From Octopus bimaculoides (lineage: Eukaryota), in assembly GCF_001194135.2 (NCBI RefSeq), contig NC_068990.1, positions 70,466,720-70,530,719 of the forward strand: a DNA stretch of 64,000 bases. Reading direction: 5' to 3'. The notes beneath the pieces were generated by a model, which was not told the origin of the DNA, did not search any database, and saw only the letters and a program-made list of their open reading frames with translations. The position numbers and the translations under genes are program-made. Positions 61,555 to 64,000 of this stretch are shown here, piece by piece (the first letter of the stretch is position 1; each line of letters opens with the position of its first letter).

Positions 61555-61944
61555 GATAGATAGATAGATATTTTTAAAAGTATCTAGAAAATACCTTTGA
61601 CTTGTTATTTTTTAAGGATTTTCTTTTGTTCTGTGATGTTATTGAAATGGTAGAATTACTAACTGAATTCTTTATGGTAACTATTTTGGTATTTAATTAT
61701 TCTATGTTCCTATCCCAAGTGGTGAAGCAAGAGTTCAACTTTGTTGTTTTCCATGTGGGAAAAATCATTCATAAATTAAGAATTCCTTATTATTTGAGTG
61801 CAGTGGACTTGACCTAATCAGGTGTAATGGACTATTTACACTGTCTCAAGGTTCTAGGTTCAATCCCTTTGTGCTTTAACTTACTTTGTTAATGCATTAA
61901 TAAAACAAACACTAATTATATATAAAAATTTATTCAAATATATA

Positions 61945-63025
61945 TGAGTGTAACTTATAACTAGGATAGCAAGAGTATTGATACCTGTTATCTTGATTTT
62001 CGCATTGAGCTCTACTTTTATTATTAATCTAACTCATCGATAGTGTTCATTCTGTAGCTTCTCTCTCATTTGTGTGTGTTGTATTGTATCAAATTCATTG
62101 ATTCCTAAGTATTTGTATGTCTTTGTTAGGTCTAATTCTCTTATTTCATTTTCTTTATCTAGTGTGATATTGTTACTCATAACTAGTTTTCCTCTTTTCA
62201 AGGTTGCTTTAGCACATTTTTCTAAGCCAAATTTCAATTTTATTTCTTTGGTAAATCCATGCATTATCTTTAGTAATGTTTCCAGTTTATCATTTGTTGC
62301 ATAGTTTTAGGTCATCCATATACTAGAGATGGCTGATTGTTTTACCATAGCAGTTGTATCCACATCCAGTTTTGTTTAACATGTCAGTTAAAAGTGTTAG
62401 TGCCAGACAGAAAAGGAGTGGAGAGAGTGAATCTCCTTGGAACATTGCTCTTCTAATGGGGTTGGCTTTAGTTTTTATGATTCTTTTGTCTATAGCTGCA
62501 GAACTGTTTGCCATTCATTCATGGCATGTTTTATATTATTTTATTAGTTTTGGTACTTCTTTTTCATGGCTAGTTTTTTTTAGGATCCATGTGTGGGGGA
62601 TACTGTTAAAAGCCGTCTTGTAATCGATTCAAGCCATACTTAGACCCTTCTTTTTCTTTTGGCAGTCTTCAGTTATGGCCTTTGTTGGTCAGTAGTTGAT
62701 TTTCACAGCCATATGAGCCTTTGCAGCATCCTTTCTGCTCTTCTGGAAACAGACTGTTTTCTTCTAGATGTCTGCCATTGTTTGCAATATTATTGCAATT
62801 AAGGCTTTGCAGCTTGTAGGGAGACATGTTATGGGTCTGTAGTTCTGTGGGTTTGTCGTTTCAGTGGATTTGAGAATTAGAATGGTTTTCCTTTCTGTGA
62901 GGCATTCAGGTGTTGTCTCTGGTTCTGTTAGCATCTCATTGAACTTCTCTGCCAGCACCTTATGTATCCTTGTTAAATATTTTAGCCAGGAATTGGGGAT
63001 CTTATCATGCCCTGGCACCTTCCTG
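61945..63025 (-). mobile_element. R4/Dong-clade non-LTR retrotransposon reverse transcriptase fragment
   Basis: KVPGHDKI, NYRPITCLPT, RAMFQGDSLSPLLFCLAL, YMDDLKLYA, KFGLEKCA and YKYLGI motifs in order, with stops, frameshifts and deletions. Confidence 0.85.
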
Positions 63026-63040
63026 CTGATTATTATTATT

Positions 63041-63957
63041 AAGGTGTCGAGCTGGTAGAATTGTTAGCACGCTGGACGAAATCCTTAGTGGTATTTCTCC
63101 CGTTGCTACATTCTGAGTTCAAATTTTGCCAAGATCAACTTTACCTTTCATTCTTTCAGGGTCGATAAATTAAGTACCAGTTGCATACTGAGGTCGATCT
63201 ACTCGACTGGCCTCCTCCCCCAAAATTTCAGGCCTTGTGCCTATAGTAGAAAGGATTATTATTATTATTAGGTGGTGAGCTGGCAGAATCGTTAGCATGC
63301 CGGGTGAAATGCTTAGCAGTATTTCATCTGTCTTTACATTCTGAGTTCAAATTCTACCATGGTCAACTTTGCCTTTCGTCCTTTCAGGGATGATAAAATA
63401 AGTACCAGTGAAGCACTGGAGTTGATGTAAATGACTAGTCCCCTCTCCCCAAATTTCAGGTCTTGTGCCTTTAGTAGAAAGGATTATTATTATCATTATT
63501 ATTATTATAATTATTGTTAAGGCAGCAAGCTGGCTGAATAATTAACATGCTGAGCAAAATACTTAGCAACGTTTAAATCCATCTTTACATTCTGAGTTCA
63601 AATTCTGCCAATGTCAATTTTGCTTGTCATTCTTTCAAGGTCAATGAAATAAGTACCAGTAGAATACTGGGATTTTTGTAATTGACTTATCCCCTCCCCT
63701 GAAGTTACTGGCCTTGTACCAAAATTTGAAATCATTATTATTATTATGGTGGTGGTGGTGGTGAACTAACAGAATCATTAGTGTTTCAGACAAAATATTT
63801 AGTGATACTTATTCTTTATGATTTAAGTTCAAATTCTGTCAAAGTCAACTTTGTCTTTCATCTTTTTTGAAGTTGATGAAATAAGTGAACTGGGATTGAT
63901 AAAATTGACTTGTTCACACCCAACAAAATTTCAGGCCTTGTATCTACAGTGGAAAGG
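63041..63957 (+). mobile_element. Array of four head-to-tail SINE family A copies joined by (ATT)n
   Basis: Copies at about 63041-63254, 63270-63482, 63519-63731 and 63757-63957. Confidence 0.88.
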
Positions 63958-64000
63958 ATTATTATTAATGTTATTATTATTAAGAACGGTGGAATGGTAG

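Overview
Eukaryotic, AT-rich, repeat-saturated scaffold segment with nine N-gaps, most next to microsatellites. The repeat landscape is best matched to an octopod cephalopod genome (inference from recalled repeat types, not a database search). No host protein-coding gene, tRNA, rRNA or CRISPR array can be supported; the long listed ORFs come from N-gaps, microsatellites or transposon debris. Content: (i) tRNA-derived SINEs, including one family in head-to-tail arrays joined by (ATT)n tracts and a bipartite CORE-like family with an internal (TA/TG)n tract; (ii) many 3' fragments of an RTE LINE, plus CR1-, Tx1/L1- and R4/Dong-clade pieces; (iii) defective Tc1/mariner elements and MITEs, several with both TIRs and TA target duplications; (iv) six fold-back palindromes; (v) degenerate hammerhead-ribozyme-like motifs of the kind carried by Penelope-like element termini. 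The best leads are the palindrome/hammerhead set, a 14-bp minisatellite born inside a mariner transposase gene, and microsatellite-guided SINE stacking. Most repeat boundaries are approximate (about 10-30 bp).
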